A stretch of DNA of 36,859 nt from Planctomycetaceae bacterium (GCA_947463775.1 CANHVD010000001.1:1-36859); one strand, 5' to 3'; positions 18,483 through 27,417 are shown, numbered from the stretch's first letter. The notes: a model not told the origin generated them from the sequence alone. Made by a program: numbers and translations.

Positions 18483-19661
18483 CTAAGGACTGGTGGATTC
18501 AAATGTCCGTTCAAGAAATGGAGACACTAATGCCGCGAGAGGATCAATATCGATCAGGAATGAATCATGTCCAAACGGACATCGCAGCTCGATAAAGGAC
18601 ACATGACGCCGGACATGCAGCAGAGCCGATACAAGTTCTCGACTTTGACTTGTCGGAAACAGCCAGTCCGTATCGTAGGACGCGACCAGGAATCGAGCCT
18701 TTGTTTGAGCGAGTGCTGCTTCAAGTGAAGGGAATCCCTCGGACAGGTCAAAGTAGTCCATCATGCGAGTCAGATACAGATAGCTGTTCGCATCGAATCG
18801 CTGCACAAATCGTTTTCCCTGATAATGCAGGTAGCTTTCGATCTGAAACTCAGTTTCTTTCTGCATGCTGTAGGCGAAGCGATCGCTGTCCTGAAGTCGT
18901 CGGCCAAACTTCAGCTCGATGGAGTCCTCAGACAGATAGGTAATATGAGCCACCATGCGAGCCAGTGCGAGACCGTAACGTGGACCTTCGGAGTCGTAGT
19001 AATCTCCATTCGCAAAACCCGGATCGGCATAGATCGCTCGACGGCCAACAGCGTTGAAGGCGATTCCCTGTGCCGACAACTTTGGTGCTGATGCCAGGAC
19101 AACGGCCGCCTTCAGTTGATCAGGAAATAGAATTGCCCATTCCAGAACCTGCATCCCACCAAGGCTTCCGCCCACCACGGCCAGGAGCTGTTTGATTCCA
19201 AGATGGCGGACAAGTTCAGAATGAACCGTGACCACGTCTCTGACTGTCAGGAATGGAAAGTTGAGGCAGAAGCGACTTCCTGTGACAGGGTTCACGCATC
19301 CGGGGCCAGTGGTTCCCTGGCATCCTCCGAGAACATTTGCGCAGATGACAAAGTACTTATTGGTATCAATGCCTTTGCCAGGACCGATAAAGCCATCCCA
19401 CCAGCCTGGTTTGCGATCTGAAGTGGAATGAACTCCGGCCGCATGAGCATCACCGGTCAGAGCATGGCAGATGAAGATGGCGTTCGAGGCATCTTTGTTG
19501 AGAACGCCATAGGTCTCGTACGCGACTCTTACCGGCCCCAATGTTTCACCGCTGGCGAACGTCAGCAGATGCGGCGGCTGGAAGAGATCCACATACTGCG
19601 TCTGCACGATTTCGTCAGATCGGTCGTTTGAGCTGTCCTGATCTGTATCTTGAGCTGACAT
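18483..19661 (-). CDS. metX: homoserine O-acetyltransferase
   Basis: This is an alpha/beta hydrolase with the nucleophile elbow GGSLGGMQVLEW. Conserved MetX blocks are FICHALTGDAHAAG and WWDGFIGPGKGIDTNKYFVIC. Confidence 0.95.
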   Translation of the reverse strand: MSAQDTDQDSSNDRSDEIVQTQYVDLFQPPHLLTFASGETLGPVRVAYETYGVLNKDASNAIFICHALTGDAHAAGVHSTSDRKPGWWDGFIGPGKGIDTNKYFVICANVLGGCQGTTGPGCVNPVTGSRFCLNFPFLTVRDVVTVHSELVRHLGIKQLLAVVGGSLGGMQVLEWAILFPDQLKAAVVLASAPKLSAQGIAFNAVGRRAIYADPGFANGDYYDSEGPRYGLALARMVAHITYLSEDSIELKFGRRLQDSDRFAYSMQKETEFQIESYLHYQGKRFVQRFDANSYLYLTRMMDYFDLSEGFPSLEAALAQTKARFLVASYDTDWLFPTSQSRELVSALLHVRRHVSFIELRCPFGHDSFLIDIDPLAALVSPFLERTFESTSP

Positions 19662-19900
19662 TCCGAAGTTGCAGTCTGAGAAGTCTTAAGCAGGGACGAG
19701 GACGATATCAACGCTTGCAATGTCGTTAGGACATTCTTGTCCGAAAGTGTTTCGAAGAGCAGGAATTAGCACCCTGCCCGCCAAAAAAACCAAGCGTTAC
19801 CACAGTACGACGGTTCCGCGATTTTTGACGTCGCGACAATGCTGGCAGTGTAGCATCGTAGATAAGCACTGACGAGTATCAGCCGGGTCTTTGGGGAGAG
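19662..19900 (-). promoter_or_regulatory. metX 5' leader with a SAM-I-like core element (candidate riboswitch, incomplete match)
   Basis: On the minus strand, GGUGCUAAUUCCUGC (19759..19773) is a 14/15 match to the SAM-I aptamer core GGUGCCAAUUCCUGC as I recall it. CUUAUC (19861..19866), the usual P1 5' strand, lies about 90 nt upstream. I could not find the P2 GAGGGA/GGCCC, GCAACC or 3' P1 elements. Confidence 0.3.
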
Positions 19901-19907
19901 GTCGTGA

Positions 19908-21536
19908 TCACCAGATTCTGGGCAGAATCTCGGCCCAGAAGACGAGCATGGCTAATGCGGAGTAAAAAACTCCGCAGGCGGCGATGCCGACTCGCTGATA
20001 CCATCGCGGTCGCAGTGGCTCGGGTAGCAGCCGGCAGTTGATCCAGAGGATATGAAACGAAGTGATGGCGAGTGCTGCGTTATTGACGTTGGCGATGACG
20101 TAGGTCATGACTTTGGGGGAATCCACAACGGTCAGAAACAGCGTGGCCACAATAAACGACCAGACGGTGTAGACACCCAGAATCGCGTAGTACAAATAGT
20201 GGACTTGATTGGTGCGAAGTCGCTTCTGAACTCGTCGACTGCCTGACCAGAGGATATCTGTCCATCGTCTGGCAAAGTCGTCGACGATGGACATCTGACT
20301 GGGAAGAAACACAAGCAGACCAACGATCAGTGACGCTGTCCAAAGCAAAGGAGCCCATGTTCCGATGGCCTCACTATGCCGGATTCCGTCCGCTGTAATG
20401 AGCGGCTGAGAATAGGTCACGCTTTTTCCGTACATCGGTGAAAGGCGAGCAAATTGAATCGACATCAATGCCGGAAGAGCCATCCCCATGAAACAACCTG
20501 GAACCCAGACCAGTATTTGGTCGGCCAGAATATACTTCCACCAGCCGCGCCAGCGACGCATGTTCTCTTCAGTGAGTGGAAAGACTTTACCGACATGGCT
20601 GAGCGTCACATTACGACCGCCCACAGCACTGGGGATCGCGCCGACTTCATGCCCCATACCCCAGCCTTTGTCTCGCACGAAATTGGAATAAGTCGAGTTG
20701 CTCAGTCCGCCTCCACCAGCATAGCCTGCGAATGCTCCCAACATGGCAATGTTGCCCAGGGCCAGAACAGGCAGTGTGCCGTCTTTCCAGAGTGATGCAA
20801 AGACGTTGGTAACCGTGTCATGGCCAGCAGCATCTTTAGTGGGGATGTTGCCAAACTTCAGGAAGCCACTGAAGACGTCAATCCATCCCTGCGGACTGAC
20901 GAAACAGAGTCCAAGGAACAGGCAGAACCCCAGGACTGAAAAGACCTTAATCGTCATCACAACCTGTAACGTGTTGTAGACTTTGCCTCCGATCAGGACT
21001 GGCAGGATGACTCCACCGAGGCAGAGATAGGCGATGGAATTGACCAGAAAGCTATCATCGGGAGTTGGTGGTCGATCCAGCCACAGGGTCGCGATCAGCA
21101 CGGCTGCGTTTGTAGAAAGACCCGGAATAAAAAATGACAGGCTCATCAAAAGCGTGACACCCATCCAGAATCCCGGGCCGGGAGCGGTTCGCATGAAGCC
21201 GGTGAAAACCGGTTCGCCGCAGTAGAGAGCGTAACGTCCAGCTTCGATGTTATAGAAGGCCTGAGTGATGATCGCGATTGTGGCGATCCACATCAATCCT
21301 CCACCATACTTAGCTGTGGTGTCTGGTCCCAGCAGCCATTCGCCGCCACCAATCTGGATGCCACACATGACGATTCCCGGTCCAATCAACCCAGCCAGGT
21401 TTTTCAGCCCGAGAGGTTTTGGCGTGGGGAGATTGGCGGTGCCCCAGGCGGGAATGCCTGTTGTTGGCTGGCCAATAGATGACTGCTCATTGGTCAACGC
21501 GTCGTGGGCGCGCGGACCATTGCTTGCATCTCGCAT
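19908..21536 (-). CDS. multi-pass membrane transporter, Nramp-related (non-canonical motifs)
   Basis: It has at least 11 hydrophobic segments. The N-terminal block GLIGPGIVMCGIQIGGGEWLLGP resembles the Nramp TM1 region GPG....G..DPGN, but GGGE replaces DPGN. I prefer the start at ATG 21536 because the longer ORF (to 21668) would contain the upstream gene's terminator. Confidence 0.8.
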   Translation of the reverse strand: MRDASNGPRAHDALTNEQSSIGQPTTGIPAWGTANLPTPKPLGLKNLAGLIGPGIVMCGIQIGGGEWLLGPDTTAKYGGGLMWIATIAIITQAFYNIEAGRYALYCGEPVFTGFMRTAPGPGFWMGVTLLMSLSFFIPGLSTNAAVLIATLWLDRPPTPDDSFLVNSIAYLCLGGVILPVLIGGKVYNTLQVVMTIKVFSVLGFCLFLGLCFVSPQGWIDVFSGFLKFGNIPTKDAAGHDTVTNVFASLWKDGTLPVLALGNIAMLGAFAGYAGGGGLSNSTYSNFVRDKGWGMGHEVGAIPSAVGGRNVTLSHVGKVFPLTEENMRRWRGWWKYILADQILVWVPGCFMGMALPALMSIQFARLSPMYGKSVTYSQPLITADGIRHSEAIGTWAPLLWTASLIVGLLVFLPSQMSIVDDFARRWTDILWSGSRRVQKRLRTNQVHYLYYAILGVYTVWSFIVATLFLTVVDSPKVMTYVIANVNNAALAITSFHILWINCRLLPEPLRPRWYQRVGIAACGVFYSALAMLVFWAEILPRIW

Positions 21537-21603
21537 CAGGTATTCTGCTTTCGTCGTCTGAACAATCGGCCGGAGTGGGGTTGGCTGACTGATCACCAGA
21601 ATA

Positions 21604-21638
21604 CAAAAAAGCCCGGCGTTGGGAACAACGCCGGGCTT
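21604..21638 (-). terminator. intrinsic terminator of the upstream Gfo/Idh/MocA gene
   Basis: The minus strand reads AAGCCCGGCGTT-GTTCCC-AACGCCGGGCTT followed by TTTTGT. This is a 12-bp GC-rich stem about 34 nt after the stop at 21672. Confidence 0.85.
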
Positions 21639-21671
21639 CTGATTTTGTTTAACGGCGACTTTGTTCAACCG

Positions 21672-22901
21672 CTACGAAAGTGTCAGATTCCTGCCATCAT
21701 AGCGAGCCACGCGATCCGGATTGCCTTTCGCCTGCTGTTCAAGAATCATTTCCATCGCCTGCACAGCCGCGACGACCTGGCGATCAGCCGCGAGATCTGC
21801 GTAATCCAGTTTGCGAATTTCTGCCAGTCGTTGCGATCGCTGGTTGGCCGGACCTCCATGTTCGACAAAGGCAACTTCACGCGCAAAACGGTCGATCACT
21901 TCAATTCCGTAGCCGCGCTGAGAACGCTCACCCCACGGTTCGAGGAAGCTTCCGTTGTAATGGTTATTGATCGTATTCTTCATCTTCAGCGGAGTCATAT
22001 TCTCGACGGTCAGTTCAACTCCACGCTTACGTGAATGTCCGTTCCAGATGCCGTTGTCGAAACGGAACTGTACTTCCTGCTCAACATACCCCGGAAAATT
22101 GTCGGGGGTCACCCATGACGTGTGAATATCGAAGGCCGCTTCGCGACCAGATTCATACTCGTAGATCAGTCTCAATTGGCAACTGTCCCAGGTGTTCCCA
22201 TCCTTTGGTCCGACCAGACCGCGTTGACCGGTACACATCACAGTTTTGAGGCGACCACCAAATGTGAAGTCGATAAGTTTGATGTAATGAACGGCGACGT
22301 AAGTTCCTGGGTTTCGGCCTGTGATCCATTCAGAAAACTGACTGCCGGAAATCTGCCGTGGTTCCAGTAATGAACAATAGCCGTTGTTCACGTGCTTGAG
22401 GACGTTGTCGTGTACCAGCGTACGAAGCTTCTTGTGGTCAGGGTCGAGAAGCTTGTGGTACACGACGCGGGCAAGCAATCCCTTCTCTTCAGCGATGGCA
22501 TTTAACTGATCAATCTCCTGAAGAGTAAGCACCGATGGCTTTTCAACCAGCAGATGAACGCCTGCCTCGAGAATAGCTTTTGACGCTTCAAAATGTCGAT
22601 CGTCCGGCGTTGCGACACAGGCAAAAGTTAAGTTCTCGCCCAGCATCTGCTGAACGGCATCGTCGCCACGGAAGCTTTGGAAGGCCGGGATCTTTCCTTT
22701 GGATTGTTCAAGATATCGATCTGCTCTTTGGCCGGTCTTCGATGCTACGGCAACCATTGTGACATCGAGATCTCCGAAGCGACGATCATAGAGCCCTTTC
22801 GCGTGAACAGATTCAAAGAATGGGCGATAGGTTTCATCGAAGATCATCCCCATGCCAACCATGCCGGCACGCAGTTGAGGACGTGGGTTCTGAGAGTTCA
22901 T
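21672..22901 (-). CDS. Gfo/Idh/MocA family oxidoreductase
   Basis: The Rossmann N-terminus is LRAGMVGMGMIF, and the family EKP motif is present (HLLVEKPSVLTLQE). ATG 22901 has AGGAA about 7 nt upstream. An alternative start is at 22958. Confidence 0.88.
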   Translation of the reverse strand: MNSQNPRPQLRAGMVGMGMIFDETYRPFFESVHAKGLYDRRFGDLDVTMVAVASKTGQRADRYLEQSKGKIPAFQSFRGDDAVQQMLGENLTFACVATPDDRHFEASKAILEAGVHLLVEKPSVLTLQEIDQLNAIAEEKGLLARVVYHKLLDPDHKKLRTLVHDNVLKHVNNGYCSLLEPRQISGSQFSEWITGRNPGTYVAVHYIKLIDFTFGGRLKTVMCTGQRGLVGPKDGNTWDSCQLRLIYEYESGREAAFDIHTSWVTPDNFPGYVEQEVQFRFDNGIWNGHSRKRGVELTVENMTPLKMKNTINNHYNGSFLEPWGERSQRGYGIEVIDRFAREVAFVEHGGPANQRSQRLAEIRKLDYADLAADRQVVAAVQAMEMILEQQAKGNPDRVARYDGRNLTLS

Positions 22902-23031
22902 GAGAATTCCTGATGTACTACCATTCGGGATGAACAGGTGCTGGGAAACTGAGTTCATGCGTCACTGAATCTTTACGCGACGCTGAATACCGACAGCTCC
23001 GGTCGTCGGATCTCGAGCTGAGTATCCGACA

Positions 23032-24201
23032 TTACTTCTTTTGGAGGTCGAGGATCGCTTGTGGCAAATCCTTGTCGACCAACCCGAGAACTCCTCGACC
23101 TTCGTTGAGTCGGTCATCGACGTCGTACTGAATATCTTCGGCGTCAATCTTCCAGAAGTCTTCAATTTCCATGCGAGGCAATGGCTGCAGTGGCCGTAGC
23201 AAGCGAAACCCTACACCGCGAGCCGGGTCGTCGGTATACCACCACGGGCTCAGTGGAAGGTTCGGGTCCTGATATTTCCATGCTTCGTCATCAGAAGCCA
23301 GTCGTGCTGAGGAACGACAGTCGGCAGCCGGGAACTCCCATGATCCACCACGGACAACTCGCGGATCAGGCTTGTCTGTTCGTGCCCAGTCTTTCGCCGC
23401 ATTGACAGCTGCATCCTGAGGCATGTAGTTCGCGTAGCCATCGATCACCCATTCTGCGGCATTGCCATGCATGTCGTAAAGCCCCCATGCGTTTGGCTTC
23501 TTCTGTCGAACGAGGCGAGAACCTTTCTTCTCGGTGTTGGATTCAAACCAGCCGTACTCTGCCAGCATTGCTGGATCATCACCGAACGAATAAGCCGTTG
23601 TGCTTCCGGCTCGGCAAGCGTATTCCCATTCCGCTTCTGTTGGCAGGCGAAACTGCTGGCCGGAAATCGCTGAGAGCCACTTGGTATACTGCTTGGCAGA
23701 ATACTGAGTCATCGAGACTGCCGGCAGCTTGGGATCATCTCCGAACTCGAACGTAAAGTCCGGCATGTAGAGAGGCGTCGGGGCGGTGACAGCATCGATT
23801 CGATTGGCGTCAGTGACGGTGCGGATTCTGTTGGCCTGAAGCTCTTTGAGAACACGGTACAATTCCATGAACTGACGGAACTCAGCCCATGTGACTTCGC
23901 ACTCAGCCATCCAGAATGGAGCAACGACGACCTTTCTCTGGGGACCCTCATCGTCCTTTCGGTGCGGCTCCGTCGCCGGACTTCCCATCACGTACTCGCC
24001 GCCCGGAACTGGGACCATCCGAAACTTAACTTCGGTTCCCGGGATCGCCATCTCATACGCGATCATCCACCCCTGCTCTGTCTGCACAGAGAAGCCTTCG
24101 GCAGGTTTCTCTTTGGCGAGCCCCGGAAGTTCCTCCGCTCCGTGGAGAGTGCTCACTCCGAACAGGCACACCATCAATATAGCAACAGAAGACCTCTGCA
24201 T
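23032..24201 (-). CDS. exported formylglycine-generating-enzyme family (SUMF1/EgtB/PvdO-type) protein
   Basis: The signal peptide from ATG 24201 is MQRSSVAILMVCLFGVSTLHGA. Family blocks are LPTEAEWEYACRAGS, PNAWGLYDMHGNAAEWV and RVVRGGSWEF. It has only one Cys after RGGSW, so the canonical FGE Cys pair is absent. Confidence 0.88.
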   Translation of the reverse strand: MQRSSVAILMVCLFGVSTLHGAEELPGLAKEKPAEGFSVQTEQGWMIAYEMAIPGTEVKFRMVPVPGGEYVMGSPATEPHRKDDEGPQRKVVVAPFWMAECEVTWAEFRQFMELYRVLKELQANRIRTVTDANRIDAVTAPTPLYMPDFTFEFGDDPKLPAVSMTQYSAKQYTKWLSAISGQQFRLPTEAEWEYACRAGSTTAYSFGDDPAMLAEYGWFESNTEKKGSRLVRQKKPNAWGLYDMHGNAAEWVIDGYANYMPQDAAVNAAKDWARTDKPDPRVVRGGSWEFPAADCRSSARLASDDEAWKYQDPNLPLSPWWYTDDPARGVGFRLLRPLQPLPRMEIEDFWKIDAEDIQYDVDDRLNEGRGVLGLVDKDLPQAILDLQKK

Positions 24202-24373
24202 GAGATCAGTACTTTCCTGCGAATGAAGTTTTGAACTGGTCCGATGTTTCAGCGTTGTCACTGACGCGGTCAAAAAACAGCGTTTCTGATCGTGATCTTT
24301 TATAGGCCACTGGAGCTTTCGTCTCGTGGGCCGATATCGTCAGCGGCCAGTTTGTCATGACCTGGAAATCCTC

Positions 24374-25759
24374 TCAATTTCCGGGAGGTCTTGGCCTTGG
24401 TGGAGCCTTTTTCTGTGGACCGCCTGGGCTGAACGTTCGTTGAATTTCTTCAAGAGAAGTTTTTCCCTCAGCCACAAGTCGGATGGCATCCTTCTGCAGA
24501 GTGGTCTGGCCATCTTCCGCCATTTGTTTACGAATTGCCTCGGGCGCAGCGCCGGCGGCGAAGACTTCTTTCATCGTGTCGGTCATCTCCAGCATTTCGA
24601 ATGCAGCTGCTCGACCATGGTAAGGAACCCCGTCACAGTCCGCACACAGTTCTTCCACTGTTTGTGCTTTGGGGTCATCGGGAGGTGGCGGAAGCGGAGC
24701 ACGGTAGAGCACTGATGTTTCGGGTGGCAGTCCCAGCTTTTTAAGCAGCATTGGATTCGGACGAAAAGCCTGCTTGCAGTCATCACACAGTTTGCGAATC
24801 AGCTTCTGAGTGATCACGCATTTCAAGCCCTTGATCACTTCATCGACGCCGACCCATTCAATCAACTTCTTGACAGCTTCTGTCGGTGTATTGGCCGGAA
24901 TCTCCATGATAAGCGAAAGACGATCTGCGTACTGGAAGATAGTCTGGGCGTCTTGTGGGGAAGTCAGAGGATTCAAGAAGACTACATCGGCTTCACGGCG
25001 GAGAATGCGGTCAAAAGTTAACTCCATATCATGCCCGGGTTCTGGCTTGAACTCGGTTACATTAATCAGTTCCTTCCCCTTCATGTCCGCAAGGTTATAA
25101 ACGGAGTAAAGGTAAGGGTCGACACTGTGAAGCGTAACGATGGAAAGTGTTGTAACTCCCGAGTCCGGGGGGCCGCAGATCAGAATGACGCCACTACGCG
25201 AGGACGTGAAATCGCGGATCTTCGCCTTCAGATGATCCGGAAGGCCAATTTCAGACGGTTTCTGGCGTACGACTTTCTTGTTCTCGATCTTGACTCGAAC
25301 TCGTTCGGCACCGCCACCGGCCGGGACTGACTCCACCATCAGGTTATAAGGCAAGCCGTCGAACTCTGCTTTGATGCCTCCTGCCTGAGGTGACTTGCGA
25401 TCATTGGGATCAAGGCCTGCCAGCAGTTTCAGCATCTGAACCATCGCCACGCCTTTTTGTCCCGGCACAGCGGCGGCAGGATATGGCATTCCATCAATGA
25501 CGAATCGAATACTGAGCCGACCTTCGCGCGGTTCCATCAGCAGCGTATGGGCACGACGAGACAAGGCGTCGGACATCATCTGCTTCACAGGAACCAGTGC
25601 GGCCTGAACAAGTTTTGCGTTGGCTTTAAGATTGGACTCACGCCCAAAAAGCGGTCCCTGAAAAAGTACCTGCTCAACATCTTCCTGCTCTGATGTGTCT
25701 TCTGCAGGTTTCTTGCCGGCATCTGCTTTTTTGGGATCTGGTTTTGGTGGGCCAGCCAT
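24374..25759 (-). CDS. GspE/PilB-family (type II/IV secretion ATPase fold) protein with degenerate catalytic motifs
   Basis: The N2-like block is LSIRFVIDGMPY...LKLLAGLD. The Walker A position reads GPPDSGVTT (25148..25174, Val instead of Lys). The Walker B region reads ADVVFLNPL (no Glu). The tetracysteine pair CDDC...CADC and the following GRAAAFEMLE block are retained. I chose the start at ATG 25759 (MAGPPKPDPKK). The ORF is open to 25924. Confidence 0.82.
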   Translation of the reverse strand: MAGPPKPDPKKADAGKKPAEDTSEQEDVEQVLFQGPLFGRESNLKANAKLVQAALVPVKQMMSDALSRRAHTLLMEPREGRLSIRFVIDGMPYPAAAVPGQKGVAMVQMLKLLAGLDPNDRKSPQAGGIKAEFDGLPYNLMVESVPAGGGAERVRVKIENKKVVRQKPSEIGLPDHLKAKIRDFTSSRSGVILICGPPDSGVTTLSIVTLHSVDPYLYSVYNLADMKGKELINVTEFKPEPGHDMELTFDRILRREADVVFLNPLTSPQDAQTIFQYADRLSLIMEIPANTPTEAVKKLIEWVGVDEVIKGLKCVITQKLIRKLCDDCKQAFRPNPMLLKKLGLPPETSVLYRAPLPPPPDDPKAQTVEELCADCDGVPYHGRAAAFEMLEMTDTMKEVFAAGAAPEAIRKQMAEDGQTTLQKDAIRLVAEGKTSLEEIQRTFSPGGPQKKAPPRPRPPGN

Positions 25760-25920
25760 TGTCTGGAGTCCTCTATATCTAACTGATTCTGAACTCTGTC
25801 GAAACAACTTTATTTGGAAACGCCCCGAGCCAGCCCTGAGAGACCACCTCGAAACTCGCGTTGAGAGTCGCATTGCTGCTCCCCCTCCATTTTTGCGGGA
25901 AGCTTGGCGATCCTCCAGTG

Positions 25921-27324
25921 TCAAACGCCAAATTGCAGGTCGAGAAGCAGATTTCGAACATCAGTTGCGTGTAATTCGTCACGTTCCACACGTTTCGAGG
26001 AACAAACGAGAACGGGACCGTCCTCTTCGATCCGATTTGCGTCAGGAACTCGGCCATGGCTGCCCTTCACGATGGACGCATCGAGACCGATGAGGTCCAT
26101 ATAGTATCGAAAACCGAGCATTTTTCGGGCCAGCCGCTGCGCAACACGGATCCTGGGGAATTTAATCAGTGGGTCCACCAGAAGTTCAACGGGGTCGTAA
26201 CCCGGTTTGCGGTGAATGTCGACAGTTCGGGCATAATCCGGGGCCAGATTATCGTCCAGCCAGAAATAGTAAGTGAACCACGCGTCCGGCTGGCTGATGC
26301 AGATTAGTTCGCCACTTCGCTCATGCGCGATTCCGGCGAGACGCTGGCCGTCGCGATCAAGCACTTTTTCAACACCCTCAATACGCTCCAGCAGCTGGCG
26401 GACGCGTGCGGTATCAGCAGGATCTTTAATGTAGATATGAGCGGCCTGATGATCGGCCACCGCGAAGGCTCGCGAAGCTCCACAGTCGAGAGTCTCCCAG
26501 CCGCAGGATTCGCGTCGAACGGCCAGCAGACCCGCATCTCGAAGAATTCGATTCAGATGAATGGGGCGGTGAACTTCGGTAATCCCATATTCTGACAGCA
26601 CAACGATATCTGCGTCAGCAGCCTCGGCGGCGGCAATCAATTTCCCCGCTTCATGATCCACGAGCCGTACATCTTCAGAGATCCTCGCATCGTTTGGTCC
26701 CCAACGCTGTAGGTTGTAATCCAGGTGCGGGAGGTAGACGAGCATCAGAGACGGCTGGCAGGATTTGAAAACATCAACGCTTGCATCTGCAATCCAGGCG
26801 CTGCTGCGAATGTCAGCCGTTGGGCCCCAGAAATTGAACAGCGGAAACTTTCCCAGCTTCTGCTGAAGCTGGTCTCGGAACTCTGCAGGAGCACTGTAGA
26901 TATCGGGAATCTTGCGGCCGTCTGACGGGTATGAAGGTCGGGGGGTGACCGACCAGTTGACATCGGCATACATGTTGTACCACCAAAACATTTTGGCGGT
27001 TGTGTGTTCGGGATTTCGCAGACGAGCCGACTGATAAATGCGTTCCCCGGAAATCAGGTGATTCGATTGCTTCCAGAACATCACTTCGGCAAGATCTCGG
27101 AAGTACCAACCGTTGGCGACGATACCGTGTTGAGACGGCAGAAGTCCGGTCAGGAGCGTTGCCTGAACGGAGCAGGTGACGGCTGGAAATATCGTCTGCA
27201 GTGGACGAGAAAAACCGGTCTTCAGGAGTCGGCTGATGTTCGGAGTGTTCTCACCGATCATTTGACTGGTGAGACCAACAACGTTGATCACCATGAGTCG
27301 ACGATGTCGCGCTGTGATTGTCAT
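25921..27324 (-). CDS. alkaline phosphatase-superfamily nucleotide pyrophosphatase/phosphodiesterase-like protein
   Basis: The N-terminal block MVINVVGLT...FPAVTCSVQATLLTGLLPSQHGIVANGW is the type I phosphodiesterase/NPP signature, with a Thr nucleophile. ATG 27324 has GGAGA about 11 nt upstream. Confidence 0.88.
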   Translation of the reverse strand: MTITARHRRLMVINVVGLTSQMIGENTPNISRLLKTGFSRPLQTIFPAVTCSVQATLLTGLLPSQHGIVANGWYFRDLAEVMFWKQSNHLISGERIYQSARLRNPEHTTAKMFWWYNMYADVNWSVTPRPSYPSDGRKIPDIYSAPAEFRDQLQQKLGKFPLFNFWGPTADIRSSAWIADASVDVFKSCQPSLMLVYLPHLDYNLQRWGPNDARISEDVRLVDHEAGKLIAAAEAADADIVVLSEYGITEVHRPIHLNRILRDAGLLAVRRESCGWETLDCGASRAFAVADHQAAHIYIKDPADTARVRQLLERIEGVEKVLDRDGQRLAGIAHERSGELICISQPDAWFTYYFWLDDNLAPDYARTVDIHRKPGYDPVELLVDPLIKFPRIRVAQRLARKMLGFRYYMDLIGLDASIVKGSHGRVPDANRIEEDGPVLVCSSKRVERDELHATDVRNLLLDLQFGV

Positions 27325-27417
27325 GATCTCAGAAGTCTCCGGCGATGGAACATTTAGTCTTTGTCGCGTATGCTGACCTGCGGTGTCCGAAAATCAACAC
27401 GCGAGGGAATCCGATTC

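Noticed and set aside
21504-22034. A 176-aa plus-strand ORF, together with the N-terminal extension of the transporter ORF (21537..21668).
   Set aside because: Both run through the strong minus-strand terminator hairpin at 21604..21638. The plus ORF is antisense to the Gfo/Idh/MocA gene. The transporter is better started at ATG 21536.
13486-24273. The idea that the sulfatase and the FGE-family gene form a maturation pair or 'sulfatase system'.
   Set aside because: They are 8 kb apart and separated by unrelated operons (metXW, a transporter, an oxidoreductase with its own terminator). The FGE-fold protein also lacks the catalytic Cys pair.
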